Assembly (NCBI GenBank): GCA_023390985.1
Contig: JAEWBU010000171.1
Span: forward strand, 9,708 to 73,707
DNA length: 64,000 bases
Source of the DNA: Pseudomonadota bacterium
Lineage (GTDB): Bacteria > Pseudomonadota > Gammaproteobacteria > Burkholderiales > Burkholderiaceae_C
Direction of reading: 5' to 3'
Below are positions 1 through 9,731 of this stretch, one piece after another (position 1 is the stretch's first letter; the number at the start of each line of letters is the position of its first letter). The notes beneath the pieces are model-generated. The model was given only the letters and a program-made list of their open reading frames with translations, had not been told where the DNA came from and ran no database searches. The position numbers were made by a program, and so were the translations under genes.

Positions 1-1370
1 AGTTCACCACGCGCGGCGAGCGCTGGAAGCTGAGCCCCGTGGCGGGCAACGCGAACCTGACCCGGGTGGAGAAGTTCGTCAACAATACCTGGGTCACCGT
101 CAGCGAAATGCCCATCGGCTTCAGCTTCGACGCCGTCCTAGGCAAGGTCGTGGTCAGCGACATGAGCGGCCACGTCGCCAATGCCGGCTGGGGGGTGGAG
201 GGCTTCACGGGTTCGCCCGGCCCGCTGGAGTCGGGCGAGATCCAGCACAGCCCCGCCATGGGCAGCAGCGAGCAGTTGATCATCGGCTTCGGCGAACACA
301 TCACGGAGGTCCAGGCCACGCTCGGCTGGTTGATGCGCGACTCCGCCTGGGTGACCGACACCGCCGGCAACCAGGCGCCCAACGGCTTGCTGGAGCGGTC
401 CAGGGTGACCTTCCTGCAGACCCGGGACGCCGGTCCGGGCGCGGTGGCGCTGGGCGCGCAGCAAGCGAGCGTGACCGCCACCGTTCAGGACGCGACGCGA
501 ATATATATGGGGATCCCAATCCCCCCTTCCAGACGTCGACGACCACCAACAGCGCAGCACAAGCCGCGCGCGGCGTGGACCAGTTCGTGGACCGACAGCT
601 CGGCCGCAGCGGTATCACCGAGACCCCCGCCACCACCGTGGCCACTGCGCGGTCGAACGTGGGGCAGCACGCCATCAGCGGCAACGTGAGCGGCGATACC
701 GTTTCGCAGTCGCGTTACGACATCAAGGTCAACGACGGCACGCTGACCATCACGCCGGCCCCGCTGGACGTGACCATCCACAACAAGGAAAAGGCCGCAG
801 GCGAGCCCGACCCGCAACTGACCTATGACACGCAGGGCTGGAGGTTCGACGAAGACCGGCAGGCGTTCGTCCTCACGCGCGAGCCGGGCGAAGGGGTCGG
901 GCCGTCCCGGATCTTCGAACAGGACGGCACGCGCATGGTCAGCGCCAATTACGTGGTTACCGTGCACGAAGGAACACTGACCATCGCCGGGCCGGTGACG
1001 CCACCAGAACCTCCGTTTACCGCCGCCATCGCCCGCACCGCCGACCGCCCAATCGGACATTGCGCGGGGGCGCGGTGCCACGGCCGTGCCACAGGCCACC
1101 GGCGTGACGTCCGAGCGCTGCAACGCATTCGAGTCGCCGTCCTCTGTGGTCGCCGACTACACGGTCAGCCCGGCCATCGTCCGGACCTACGTGGTGCAAC
1201 TGATCTGCAAGCCGCGTGCCTACGGATCGGCCGCGGAGCAGCTGCCCGACAACAGGGATTTCCTGGCCTATGCCAACGGCTTGCTGAAGGAAGGCACGTT
1301 CGAGATCCCCGACTGGAACCGCGTCGTCATCCCTCGCTCACTCCAGAACCAGAACACGCCAGCCAAGTGA
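1..1370 (+). pseudogene. Filamentous-haemagglutinin/TpsA-like adhesin C-terminal part with MBG-type repeats, broken by two frameshifts (5' end outside window)
   Basis: Three frames join into one protein. Removing AT from ATATATAT (501-508) restores IYGDPNPPF, an MBG-like motif. MBG-type text follows (VNDGTLTITPAPLDVTIHNKEKAAGEPDPQLTY). Removing one T at 1016-1018 joins the 1086..1370 frame. Adjacent to a TpsB-like gene. Confidence 0.7.
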
Positions 1371-1379
1371 GGTTTCGCC

Positions 1380-1942
1380 ATGCGCATCGGCAGCACGAAG
1401 AACACCGCCCTTGTTTCCGTACTGCTGATGCTCGCCGGCGATGCCCTCGCCCAGAGGGCGCCGCCGCTGCCCGCGGTCAACCCGGGCCGCATCGAGATCC
1501 CTGACGAGCGGGGCATACGCACCGCGCCCAACGAGATGCCCGGCACGCTGGGGCAGCAGTTCGTGGCCCCCCCCGCGGAAACGCCAATCGAGGATCCTCC
1601 CGAGCCAGGACAGCTTGCCATCGCCACGCCCTTCATGGTGCGCAGCGTGCGGCTGGAAGGCTCCACCGTCTACCCGCCGGAGACCTTCCGCGAGCTGCTG
1701 CAGACGCTGGAGGGGCGTCAGGTCACGCTGGGCGAGGTGCAGCAGGTGGCGCGGCAGATCACCCGCTTCCATCGCTTCAACGGTTATCTGCTGACGCGCA
1801 CTTTCGTGCCGGCGCAGGACGTGACCGAAGGCAACCTGGTGCTCCGGGTGGAGTCGAGGGCCGGATCAACCAGGTCTCGATCGACGGTTGGTTCATGGCA
1901 GCCGATAGTTGCATGAGGCCTGTCGCGTTCATGCGGCAGTAA
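1380..1942 (+). pseudogene. ShlB/FhaC/HecB (TpsB) transporter remnant: signal peptide plus first POTRA domain, frameshifted and truncated
   Basis: VRSVRLEGSTVY...VTLGEVQQVARQITRFHRFNGYLLTRTFVPAQDVTEGNLVLRV is POTRA-like. The expected VEGRINQVSIDG continues in another frame after 2 extra bases near 1851. No beta-barrel follows. Confidence 0.75.
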
Positions 1943-2059
1943 CAGGGACTTTTCGACCGTTGGCGCGCGATTCTCCGTGGCGGGCGCTCTGCGTTGCAGG
2001 GCCGACGTCGAGGGCACCGACCTGCGGCTCGTGAACGAGCTCCGGCGTTGGGAAGGCTT

Positions 2060-2135
2060 CTTCGGCAATGCAGCGCCAGCCGTCGTACTTGAGTTCGTAG
2101 AGCCATTCGGGATCGGAACCTGGAGGCGCACGCCG
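2060..2135 (-). pseudogene. Fragment of an ATP-dependent DNA ligase (motif I)
   Basis: Minus strand encodes DPEWLYELKYDGWRCIA, the ExKYDGxR adenylation motif. The rest of the ligase is absent. Confidence 0.6.
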
Positions 2136-2756
2136 GCCCAAGGCGAGCTCAAGCCGGAGGCCTACCCCGGCTACAAGGCGCCGTTCATCCGCCGGCCGCC
2201 GGAGCTGTCCAGCGGCGACGAGGCTGTGCCACAGCGGGAGGCAGTCGTTGGCTTGTTCGGCCTGCTACCGCTCTGGGCCAAAGACACCAAGCTGAGCCGG
2301 TCCACGTACAACGCCCGCTCAGAAACGGTGGCCACGAAGCCCTCGTTCCGTGAGGCATGGAAGCGTGGGCAGCACTGCATTGTGCCGGCGGCCGCGATTT
2401 ACGAGCCAGATTGGCGCAGCGGCAAGCACATCCCGACGCGGATCTCGCGAGCTGACGGCAACCCGATGGGAATCGCTGGCCTGTGGGAGCGCTGGAAGTC
2501 GCCGGCCGGCGAGGAGGTGTTCAGCCTCACCATGCTGACCGTCAACGCCGACCCCCACTCGTTCATGCGCAATTTCCACAGACCTGAGGATGAAAAGCGC
2601 ATGGTGGTCATCCTGGACGAGGCGCACTTCGATGCGTGGCTCGATGCACCTGCGAGCGAGAGCATGGAGTTCATGCGCCAGTTTCCCGCCGAGCACCTTG
2701 TCGGCATCCCCACAGCGAGCGGCAAGGCGTTGCAGCAGAGCGAACTGATGGGCTAG
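2136..2756 (+). pseudogene. SOS response-associated peptidase (SRAP/YedK/HMCES family), apparently 5'-truncated
   Basis: TYNARSETVATKPSFREAW, CIVPAAAIYEPDW, GIAGLWERW and FHRPEDEKRMVVIL are SRAP motifs. No N-terminal Met-Cys was found in any frame upstream. Confidence 0.7.
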
Positions 2757-2809
2757 ACTGGCTCCCGCCCGATTCCTCCCTGCGGGCGGGAGTGCAAGCC
2801 TCCCAACTC

Positions 2810-2833
2810 AGCCCGGCTCTGTCCGGGCTTTTT
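2810..2833 (+). terminator. Intrinsic terminator
   Basis: AGCCCGG-ctctgt-CCGGGCT followed by a T run, downstream of the SRAP gene. Confidence 0.6.
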
Positions 2834-2872
2834 CTTGGACGGGAGCAGACGATGCGCGCGCGCCGCGTGCGC

Positions 2873-3670
2873 TCAGCCGGACGACGTGCCCTCAGCCGGC
2901 GTCCAACGGTCGATGTGGAAGATCGCGCGCCGCTGCGCGCCCTGCAGGCCCAGGGCCTTCGCTCGGCCAGCATCGACCTGGTAGGCGTCATCTGGGCCAT
3001 AGCCCAGCGCCGTGCTGCGCAGCATGTTGCGGACCTCCAAGTGCCGGCCGCTGTAGCGGTCGCGGTCCGCGAGCTCCTCACGGAAGAAGTGCCAACGTGC
3101 AGTCAGGTAGTTGGTCGGCGTGCACCAGCAGCTGTCGCCGACCCATGCGCCGTGGAAGCCCGATGCACCTCCCTCGAAGATCTCCCGCCGGCGACCGGCC
3201 ATCCAGGCCCAGGCGCACGCGGAGGCGCACACCCCGTCTGCGGTCTTTCCGTTCGGGAACATCACGGGGACCACGCACGTGGAGACGTTCTCGGGGAACG
3301 GAGCCATCGTCGTATTGTTCTTGGCCTCGCCGCCGGCGCTGAGAAAGCACACCCACAGAGGCTTGCCTGCCGCCTTCGCGATCCGCGCGTCCAACTGCTC
3401 CCGAAGGTCACCAGGCAGCGCGGCCAGCACCAGCACCGCGGGCAAGCACTGTTCTTCGATGCACAGGCGGCCATCGTTGATCAACGGTCGGCTGGCCGCG
3501 CCGCTGGCGCTCGGCGGCGCACCAACATCCAAGGCAACTGCAATGCGGCAGGGAAAGACGGCTGCGGCCAAGGCAATGCCGGCAGCAGCGAGCAGCAACG
3601 TGGGGACGGAGAAAGACTTGCGCAGGCGCGCCCACAGGCCGGTCAGCATGATGGAATTGTGCGGCAGCAT
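2873..3670 (-). CDS. Exported protein with ClpP/crotonase-like motif
   Basis: Hydrophobic N-terminus; LSAGG and CASACAWAWMAGRRR...GFHG motifs. Confidence 0.55.
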   Translation of the reverse strand: MLPHNSIMLTGLWARLRKSFSVPTLLLAAAGIALAAAVFPCRIAVALDVGAPPSASGAASRPLINDGRLCIEEQCLPAVLVLAALPGDLREQLDARIAKAAGKPLWVCFLSAGGEAKNNTTMAPFPENVSTCVVPVMFPNGKTADGVCASACAWAWMAGRRREIFEGGASGFHGAWVGDSCWCTPTNYLTARWHFFREELADRDRYSGRHLEVRNMLRSTALGYGPDDAYQVDAGRAKALGLQGAQRRAIFHIDRWTPAEGTSSG

Positions 3671-3700
3671 TCGTCGCCTTCAACCCCGCGACGCGGAGCT

Positions 3701-4597
3701 TCAGGAAATCGGAAGAAGCGCGCTGTTCGCCGCCTGGAAGCGACTGCCGGCATACACCTGCGCCCAGCGCTCCCAGACGAAGGCCAGGAAGGCCAGCGGC
3801 TTCGGGCGATCATCGCCATACGGAAGGTATTCCAGTGTCCAGGGATCGCGCACGCGCAGCAGCGTCGTGGTGCCGTCCTCCAGCACGCCCATGTCGATCG
3901 CGACCGGGATGTCGGTCGGCAACCTGGTCACGATCCCGCTGACTTCTTCCAGATCGGGCTCGAGCGTGCCGGGCGTGACCGGCGCGATCGGCGAGTACCC
4001 GATCACCTCCCCGGACAGGACGAAATACCTCCACTCGCTCGCAAGCGGCAGCTCCGAGGCGACCCAGACATGCTCGTCGTGCGGCAAGTCGAGCAACTCC
4101 CCCAGCGCTGCAAGGTCCTGCGCTGTCATGTCGGACTCGTCCTGGCGCAGCACGAATGCGGGGAACAGGCCCGACGCCACGGGCTTGACGAACACCGGCC
4201 GCGGCGCGACCAGGGCGACGCTGGCGGTGACCTTGCGCGGCATATGCAGCATGTAGGCCAGAAGTGGCTTCGGGTAGCAATTCATCTGCGGCACGGGCAC
4301 GCCCAGCAGGGACATGCACCGGCGGGCGTATTCGGAGCCGCCCAGCGGCATGCAGCAGCCCTCGCGCAGCGCCTCAGCGTAGCGGTCGAGCTTGTTGCCC
4401 GGCGCGGTGTGTACCGTCACCGGAAGGTGGTTGTTCCAGATTGCTTTGGTGATCGGTAGCGCGGACGCACTGGCAGCGTCTGGCAGCAGCAGCTTGCGCA
4501 GCTGCAGCGGCTCCAGTGGTGTCGGAAGTGAGGATGGCGGCCCGAACACTGCCTGGGCATCCTGCTGGAGACGGGCTCGGAGCGTGGACGCGGACAT
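3701..4597 (-). CDS. ATP-grasp domain protein, R2K/DUF4343-like (start uncertain)
   Basis: RPVFVKP...F, SEWRYFVLSGEVIGYS and AIDMGVL match the R2K ATP-grasp pattern. Confidence 0.65.
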   Translation of the reverse strand: MSASTLRARLQQDAQAVFGPPSSLPTPLEPLQLRKLLLPDAASASALPITKAIWNNHLPVTVHTAPGNKLDRYAEALREGCCMPLGGSEYARRCMSLLGVPVPQMNCYPKPLLAYMLHMPRKVTASVALVAPRPVFVKPVASGLFPAFVLRQDESDMTAQDLAALGELLDLPHDEHVWVASELPLASEWRYFVLSGEVIGYSPIAPVTPGTLEPDLEEVSGIVTRLPTDIPVAIDMGVLEDGTTTLLRVRDPWTLEYLPYGDDRPKPLAFLAFVWERWAQVYAGSRFQAANSALLPIS

Positions 4598-4920
4598 GTT
4601 GTTCTTGCGTGCCGATGATGTGAACGCCATGCTAGACACGGGAGCCGCAATACCTGCGAGCGGCAAACGACGGTGAATCGGAGTTAGCACGTTCGTCGGC
4701 ATCCGGCGCTCCGGATTTGTCCACGCAACCCGTCAACAACTCTGTGCCACGTCCGATGCCGGAATATCCTGGTCACGCGCGGCAATGCGCGAGGGCGGCG
4801 CGCTTCGGCGTATCGCGGTGCGCTTCAGGCCAGCTCCGCCGGAGCGCAGCGCCGTCGTGCGCCGCAGCCCGGTGGTCGTGCGCAAGGCTGTGTGCCGCTG
4901 AAGCGTGACGCTGCGGCCGA

Positions 4921-5214
4921 TCACGCGGACTCCCGTGCGATCGCGCGCAGCACCTTCGCCAAGTGAAGTGCCCAAACGGCCTGTACGCTCCAGTAGACGT
5001 AAAGAGGGGGCTTCGCCTTGCGGAGGCTCTCCTTGGCCTTCTGCCGGGCGTGCACGCGCAGATCCTGCAGGAACAGGATCAGCCAGTCGCGAGCCTCGGG
5101 AGGCATTTCGCCGGCGCGAGCAGCGCACGGCAAACCCAGCACAGGATTGCGCACTTCGGGGCGCTTGGACCGGGAGAGAGCGCCGGACAGGTTCGTGTCG
5201 AGATCGCTGAACAT
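4921..5214 (-). CDS. Hypothetical protein
   Basis: 97-aa ORF with normal composition, co-oriented with its neighbours. Confidence 0.55.
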   Translation of the reverse strand: MFSDLDTNLSGALSRSKRPEVRNPVLGLPCAARAGEMPPEARDWLILFLQDLRVHARQKAKESLRKAKPPLYVYWSVQAVWALHLAKVLRAIARESA

Positions 5215-5229
5215 CGTCGCGGCCTTCGA

Positions 5230-5613
5230 TTACGGTTGCGCCGGCGCGCGGCTCGCGCGCGGAGGCAACTGCGCATAGAGCTTCAGGATGATCACCGCCG
5301 CATCACCAGTGAGTCGGTGTTCGCCGGCGCTGCCCGGCCCGTAGGGGCGCTCGAAAGAGAACGGGGGCGCGTCCCATGGTTCGATGAACCGCACCACCTC
5401 GAAGAAGACGTCCAGGAAATCGACGTCGAGTGACAGCAGCACCTCGTAGCCGTTGGGAAGCGTGACGGTGGACGCCAGTTGATCGCCCGCGTTGGCGACG
5501 TCGGTTGCCTGCGCACCGGGCACTTCGGCGCGCACGCGCTCCACCAGGGCCTGCAGGCGCTGTGTTCGGTGCCGCGCGATGATCTCGGCGGACTTGTTCG
5601 GGTCAGTGGCCAT
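5230..5613 (-). CDS. Hypothetical protein
   Basis: 127-aa ORF, ATG start, typical codon usage. Confidence 0.6.
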   Translation of the reverse strand: MATDPNKSAEIIARHRTQRLQALVERVRAEVPGAQATDVANAGDQLASTVTLPNGYEVLLSLDVDFLDVFFEVVRFIEPWDAPPFSFERPYGPGSAGEHRLTGDAAVIILKLYAQLPPRASRAPAQP

Positions 5614-5862
5614 GAACCCACGCTCGCACGGAAGTGCTGGAGTTCAAGGGTCCTTCGTCACTGCTGCCGCAGCTTCGTGCGGCGCGCGCCGTCAGCGCGA
5701 GCAACGGCTTCCCTGCGCGTTGTGGGGCGGCGTGTCTCCTTCCAACTCCCCTCGCGCGGGGTCATCGGGCTCCCGCTCGCGAGCTCGATGCCGCGACGAG
5801 CGGACGGCTGCCTTGAACTGCAGGGCTTCCATGCGAATGTGGGCATGAACCCATAGAGCCCC

Positions 5863-6648
5863 GTGTATCGAATGAACGCGCCCCTGCCCTCTTCCCACTT
5901 CACCCAGCAGTGCCTTCGCTGGAAAGCTCGCCGGCACTCCCACCGGCCCGCTGGCGAGCCGTTCGATCCGGGCCGCTACAGCGTCGAGGTGATCGAGGAG
6001 TCGCAGGCGAAGGCCTTCGTCCTGGAGCATCACTACTCCGGCTCGTACCCCGCGGCGCGCCTGCGGGTTGGCATGTTCGAGCACCAGCGCTTTCGGCCTA
6101 GCCAACTGGTGGGAGTGGCGGTGTTCTCGGTGCCGATGACGCAATCGGTGATCCCGAAGTACCTTGGACTGAAGCCCGCGTTCGGAGTCGAACTCGGGCG
6201 CTTCGTGTTGGCGGAGCACCTACCCGGCAACAGCGAGAGCTGGGCACTGGGCCGGGCATTCCGCATCCTGCGCCGCGAGCTCACGGTGAGCGGCGTCGTC
6301 TCGTTCTGCGACCCACTGGCGCGCTTCGACGCCGGCGGCCGCGAGGTCAAGCGATCGCACACCGGCGTGATCTACAAGGCCCACAACGCGCGGTACATGG
6401 GGACCACACTGCCGCGGACCCTCCAGCTGTTGCCCAACGGCCTGTGCGCATCCGACCGCATGCTCTCGAAGATCCGCAATGGCGAGCAGGGGATCGACTA
6501 CGCCATGCGCCAGCTGCGCACGGCTGGCGCGCCGGGACGCTACCTGGGAGAGTCGCCGACCGAGTGGCTGGTCCGGCTGAAGCAGGAACGCTTCTTCCGG
6601 CCGGTGCGGCATCCGGGGAATCACGCCTTCACCTGGTCCTGGGCCTGA
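5863..6648 (+). CDS. Mom-family (GNAT-fold) adenine-modification protein
   Basis: AKAFVLEHHYSGS, LVGVAVFSVP, VELGRFVL...PGNSESWALGRA, VVSFCDP and HTGVIYKAHN match Mom-like proteins. Confidence 0.75.
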   Translation: MYRMNAPLPSSHFTQQCLRWKARRHSHRPAGEPFDPGRYSVEVIEESQAKAFVLEHHYSGSYPAARLRVGMFEHQRFRPSQLVGVAVFSVPMTQSVIPKYLGLKPAFGVELGRFVLAEHLPGNSESWALGRAFRILRRELTVSGVVSFCDPLARFDAGGREVKRSHTGVIYKAHNARYMGTTLPRTLQLLPNGLCASDRMLSKIRNGEQGIDYAMRQLRTAGAPGRYLGESPTEWLVRLKQERFFRPVRHPGNHAFTWSWA

Positions 6649-6659
6649 GCGCGGGCCGA

Positions 6660-6701
6660 GACCCGCAGAGAGTGACAGGCCGGCAGCACGCTCCATAGAA
6701 T
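6660..6701 (+). promoter_or_regulatory. GACCCGCAG-box promoter, copy 1
   Basis: GACCCGCAG-AGA-GTGACA-N18-TAGAAT. Confidence 0.65.
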
Positions 6702-6744
6702 CGCCCCCGTCTGGCCAAAGGCCGGCAGCTGCCTTTACGACAGC

Positions 6745-6795
6745 CATCAACACCCACCCGGGGACCACATCCCCGGTTGCCGGGACGTGGTTCCC
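6745..6795 (+). promoter_or_regulatory. Conserved structured 5' leader, copy 1
   Basis: CATCAAC, then stem CCGGGGA/TCCCCGG with alternative pairing GGGACCAC/GTGGTTCCC, then GGAG RBS. Confidence 0.6.
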
Positions 6796-6817
6796 TCCCT
6801 CCCTGGAGATTCCACGC

Positions 6818-7657
6818 ATGACACCCGAACACCTTCGCTCCCTGATGCGCGAGGTGGCCAGAGATCACCTGGCCAAGAACATCCGCAACTACAGCTACTC
6901 CCGCTACGACGGCCTCGCGCACACGAACGCCCTGGGCGGCACGAGCTACCTTCGCCCGACCGAGGGCAAGGTGGTCACCGTGATCGAGGGGCACACGGTC
7001 GTCAAGACCGCTGCGAGCCAGTTCACGCTCGTGAGCAGCGAGCTGCTGAGTCAGCCGGTGCGGATCGGCGACAAGATCGGCTTGACCTTCTACAACCTGC
7101 GCCGCTTCGATGGCACGAACGCGGACGGCACGGACGATCCAGCCGCCGGTGGTGTGAAGTCCTATTCGCTCACCGGCACGCAGACCTACTTCCCCGTGAA
7201 GTGGGAAGGCCGCGAACTCGGCATCAACAACCGATTCCGCGAGGCCTACACCGAGATCAAGAACCCGTACCTGCAGGACCTGATCCGCCAACTGGAGCAG
7301 ATCCCGGTCAACGGCGGTCTGCGCAAGATCGTGAACGTCCTGGTGGACGCGAACGGACGCAACCTGCGCTTCGTGGACCCGGGTGGCTCCTCGGCCGAGA
7401 AGCCCGCCATTCTCGTGGACGTCGAAACGGCCAAGCACAAGGGCCTGGTCGACATCAGCTACGACCGGGGCGCCGACTGGTATTGCGTGCGCCTGGTGCC
7501 CGCCGACGGCACGCCGCCGCAGGACGTCGAACCGGTGTACGTCGACCAACTGGCCGACGTGCTGATCGACGGCATCGACGACGGCGAATGGCGCAAGGCC
7601 ACGGTCACCATGATCAAGGCGGCGCCGAAGGCGCGAGCGCAGCCCGCACTGATCTAA
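6818..7657 (+). CDS. Conserved plasmid hypothetical protein
   Basis: 279 aa, GGAG RBS, strong GC3 codon bias. Confidence 0.8.
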   Translation: MTPEHLRSLMREVARDHLAKNIRNYSYSRYDGLAHTNALGGTSYLRPTEGKVVTVIEGHTVVKTAASQFTLVSSELLSQPVRIGDKIGLTFYNLRRFDGTNADGTDDPAAGGVKSYSLTGTQTYFPVKWEGRELGINNRFREAYTEIKNPYLQDLIRQLEQIPVNGGLRKIVNVLVDANGRNLRFVDPGGSSAEKPAILVDVETAKHKGLVDISYDRGADWYCVRLVPADGTPPQDVEPVYVDQLADVLIDGIDDGEWRKATVTMIKAAPKARAQPALI

Positions 7658-8173
7658 ACGTCAACGCCCGCCGCATCACCTCCAGCTTGTCGCTGGCTGG
7701 CGGGTGCGGCGGCGCGGTGATCCACCTTCCTGTGGGCCTGCCAGCTCAGGCTCTCTGCTTTCCTTCTCCCCCAACCTGCCCCCTCCCGCACGTCTCGACT
7801 CTCGTTCAGAGGGGGTGCGCCATCGCGGCCCGCGCGAACAAAGAGAGCGACTCGCCCTTAAAAAATTGGCGTGCAAAGGCGATTCCTACACATGTCGTCC
7901 GGCTACTGAAGGGAGCCCCCCGAGGAGCGCGGATGTGGAGTCCCAAATGCAATCCCCGAAGCCCCTGTCGTTCTGTCTGCGCGCTGCTCAAGTGCCGGTG
8001 CTGCTCGTTCTTCTGCTCTGGCCTACCTTGGCCTGGTAGCGCGCGTGCGCTGGTATCGCCGACGGAGCTCAGCGCCGCGCGCACGTGTGGCGAACGGGCC
8101 GACCTTGGATACCATGTCCATGAAGCAACCGCCGGCGGTGCGGGCGGTTGCGTCGCCCCCTAAGAGGACTTCA

Positions 8174-8383
8174 ATGTCAATCGACAAGCTGACCGAAACC
8201 GACCACAAGAACATGGACGCCTTTCTCGAACACGTTCTCGAAGACTACAAGGCTGGCGCAATTACCAAAGAGCAGGCCATTGGTGGACTGGCTCATGTGA
8301 TGGCGGCGCTGAACCTCGGCAACGTGGGCGAGGCTCGTAGCTGGTTCCGCGAGGGACGCAAGTACATCCGCGACGCATCCTAG
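8174..8383 (+). CDS. Small hypothetical protein (69 aa)
   Basis: AAGAGGA RBS before ATG 8174; helical, globular-looking sequence. Confidence 0.65.
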   Translation: MSIDKLTETDHKNMDAFLEHVLEDYKAGAITKEQAIGGLAHVMAALNLGNVGEARSWFREGRKYIRDAS

Positions 8384-8386
8384 GCT

Positions 8387-9343
8387 TCACGGACTCGCCT
8401 GTAGCGGGAGCCGTTCAGCTTCGTTCCCCTCAATCCAGCGTTTGCGCCGTACCGTGACGGTAGGCCCCGCCGCCTTCTGCGGTTGAGCGTTGCTGGACGG
8501 CGGCTTTCTAGGGGGATCGGGTGCGGCGCTCTGCTGATTGCGTTTCAGCAGAGGTTCCCGCTCTCTGCGGGCCAGCTGCCGCTGAGTGACAACTGCCTGA
8601 ACGGCGACGCCGTACCGCGCCGCGAAGTCTATAGGGGATGAGTCAGTTCGTTCCAAGGCCTCCAGCAGCTGGCTGCGCTGCACCGGATTCAAGGGCTTCC
8701 CCTTTCGAAGGAGCTTGAGCCAAGGCGCTATCGAAACCGGATCCTCGAGCAGTTCGCGCGCACTCGCGGCTTCGGCCTCGGTGACATGGCCTTCGACCTG
8801 ACCAACCAGGTTGTACCGCGGTGCCCCGGCGACCTGAGCCTCCAGGTATGCGCGACGTCGCCGGAGAGCGCTGCCGGCTGCTTTGATTGAATTCTTCGAG
8901 AACTCTGGGTACAGCTCCGCAAGTACGGCTTTAGCGGTGTCGGCCGTCATTGGGCGAGGTGGCCTTGCGCCGAACGACTCCGGAAATCGGCGGGTGAGTT
9001 CTTCCACTGTCAGATGCAGCGCTCGCGCGCTCTCGACGGCTATCCGACCTTGTGCCCGCGCCTCCATCTCCGGCGAAACCTGGCCCACAACGTTGCCGTC
9101 GAGGTCGTGCAACGGCGCCCCCTGCCGCACTAGTGCTAGACGGTGAGCACTGCGCGCGAAGTGCTTTACGGCACGGTTTACGGAGGCGGCGGTGTACTCG
9201 GGGCAAAGCCTCACTTGCAAGGCGCGACCCACTTCGGCCTGCAGCAGCTTGGGGGGCTTTGCCTGGAACACGGGGAACATGCTCGCGAGCTCCTGAGGCT
9301 TCAGGATCTTCGGACCTGAGTTGCGGTCGTTCGTCATCGTCAT
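8387..9343 (-). CDS. Protein with two tandem ProQ/FinO-like RNA-binding domains
   Basis: Two repeats: FPVFQAKPPKLL..SVNRAVKHFARS..GAPLHDLDGNVVGQVS and FPESFGARPPRPM..SIKAAGSALRRRRAYLEAQVAGAPRYNLVGQVEGHVT. Confidence 0.7.
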   Translation of the reverse strand: MTMTNDRNSGPKILKPQELASMFPVFQAKPPKLLQAEVGRALQVRLCPEYTAASVNRAVKHFARSAHRLALVRQGAPLHDLDGNVVGQVSPEMEARAQGRIAVESARALHLTVEELTRRFPESFGARPPRPMTADTAKAVLAELYPEFSKNSIKAAGSALRRRRAYLEAQVAGAPRYNLVGQVEGHVTEAEAASARELLEDPVSIAPWLKLLRKGKPLNPVQRSQLLEALERTDSSPIDFAARYGVAVQAVVTQRQLARREREPLLKRNQQSAAPDPPRKPPSSNAQPQKAAGPTVTVRRKRWIEGNEAERLPLQASP

Positions 9344-9389
9344 TACATTGATCGCGTCGGGAGCAGCTCGATGGGCTCGCTGATCGGCA

Positions 9390-9731
9390 TTAGGAACTCC
9401 GGCCGGTGCGCGCAGCCCCCGCGGTGCCCGGCGCCGCTCGGTAGGCGTCGTGCTGCGCCTGCAGTTCCGGCCGCGTGCTGCAGGGGAATGGCCAAGTCGG
9501 GTGGGGGACCTTCGCAGGTTGCGCTGCGCCGACTTGTTGCGGCTTCGGCGGACGAGGGGGCAGCGTGGATGCGCTGGGTGCCGGAAAGCAGGAGAGATAA
9601 GCGTCGTGCCAAGCCGCGGCCGCCGAGCTCCCCTGCCCCAGTACATCGTGCCCAGCGCGCACGTCCCAGCCATGAGCGGTCTTCGTGGCCGTCGCGGCGG
9701 GGTGCAGCAGCTGAATCTTCGCCTTGAACAT
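9390..9731 (-). CDS. Hypothetical protein
   Basis: Start overlaps the stop of the upstream gene (TGATG coupling). Confidence 0.5.
   Translation of the reverse strand: MFKAKIQLLHPAATATKTAHGWDVRAGHDVLGQGSSAAAAWHDAYLSCFPAPSASTLPPRPPKPQQVGAAQPAKVPHPTWPFPCSTRPELQAQHDAYRAAPGTAGAARTGRSS

Noticed and set aside
2636..4459. 607-aa plus-strand ORF
   Set aside because: Antisense shadow of two motif-bearing minus-strand genes; Arg/Ala-rich, non-protein-like composition.
5725..5790. Minus-strand copy of the structured leader
   Set aside because: A hairpin is present but the second pairing is weak and no start codon follows the purine-rich tract.
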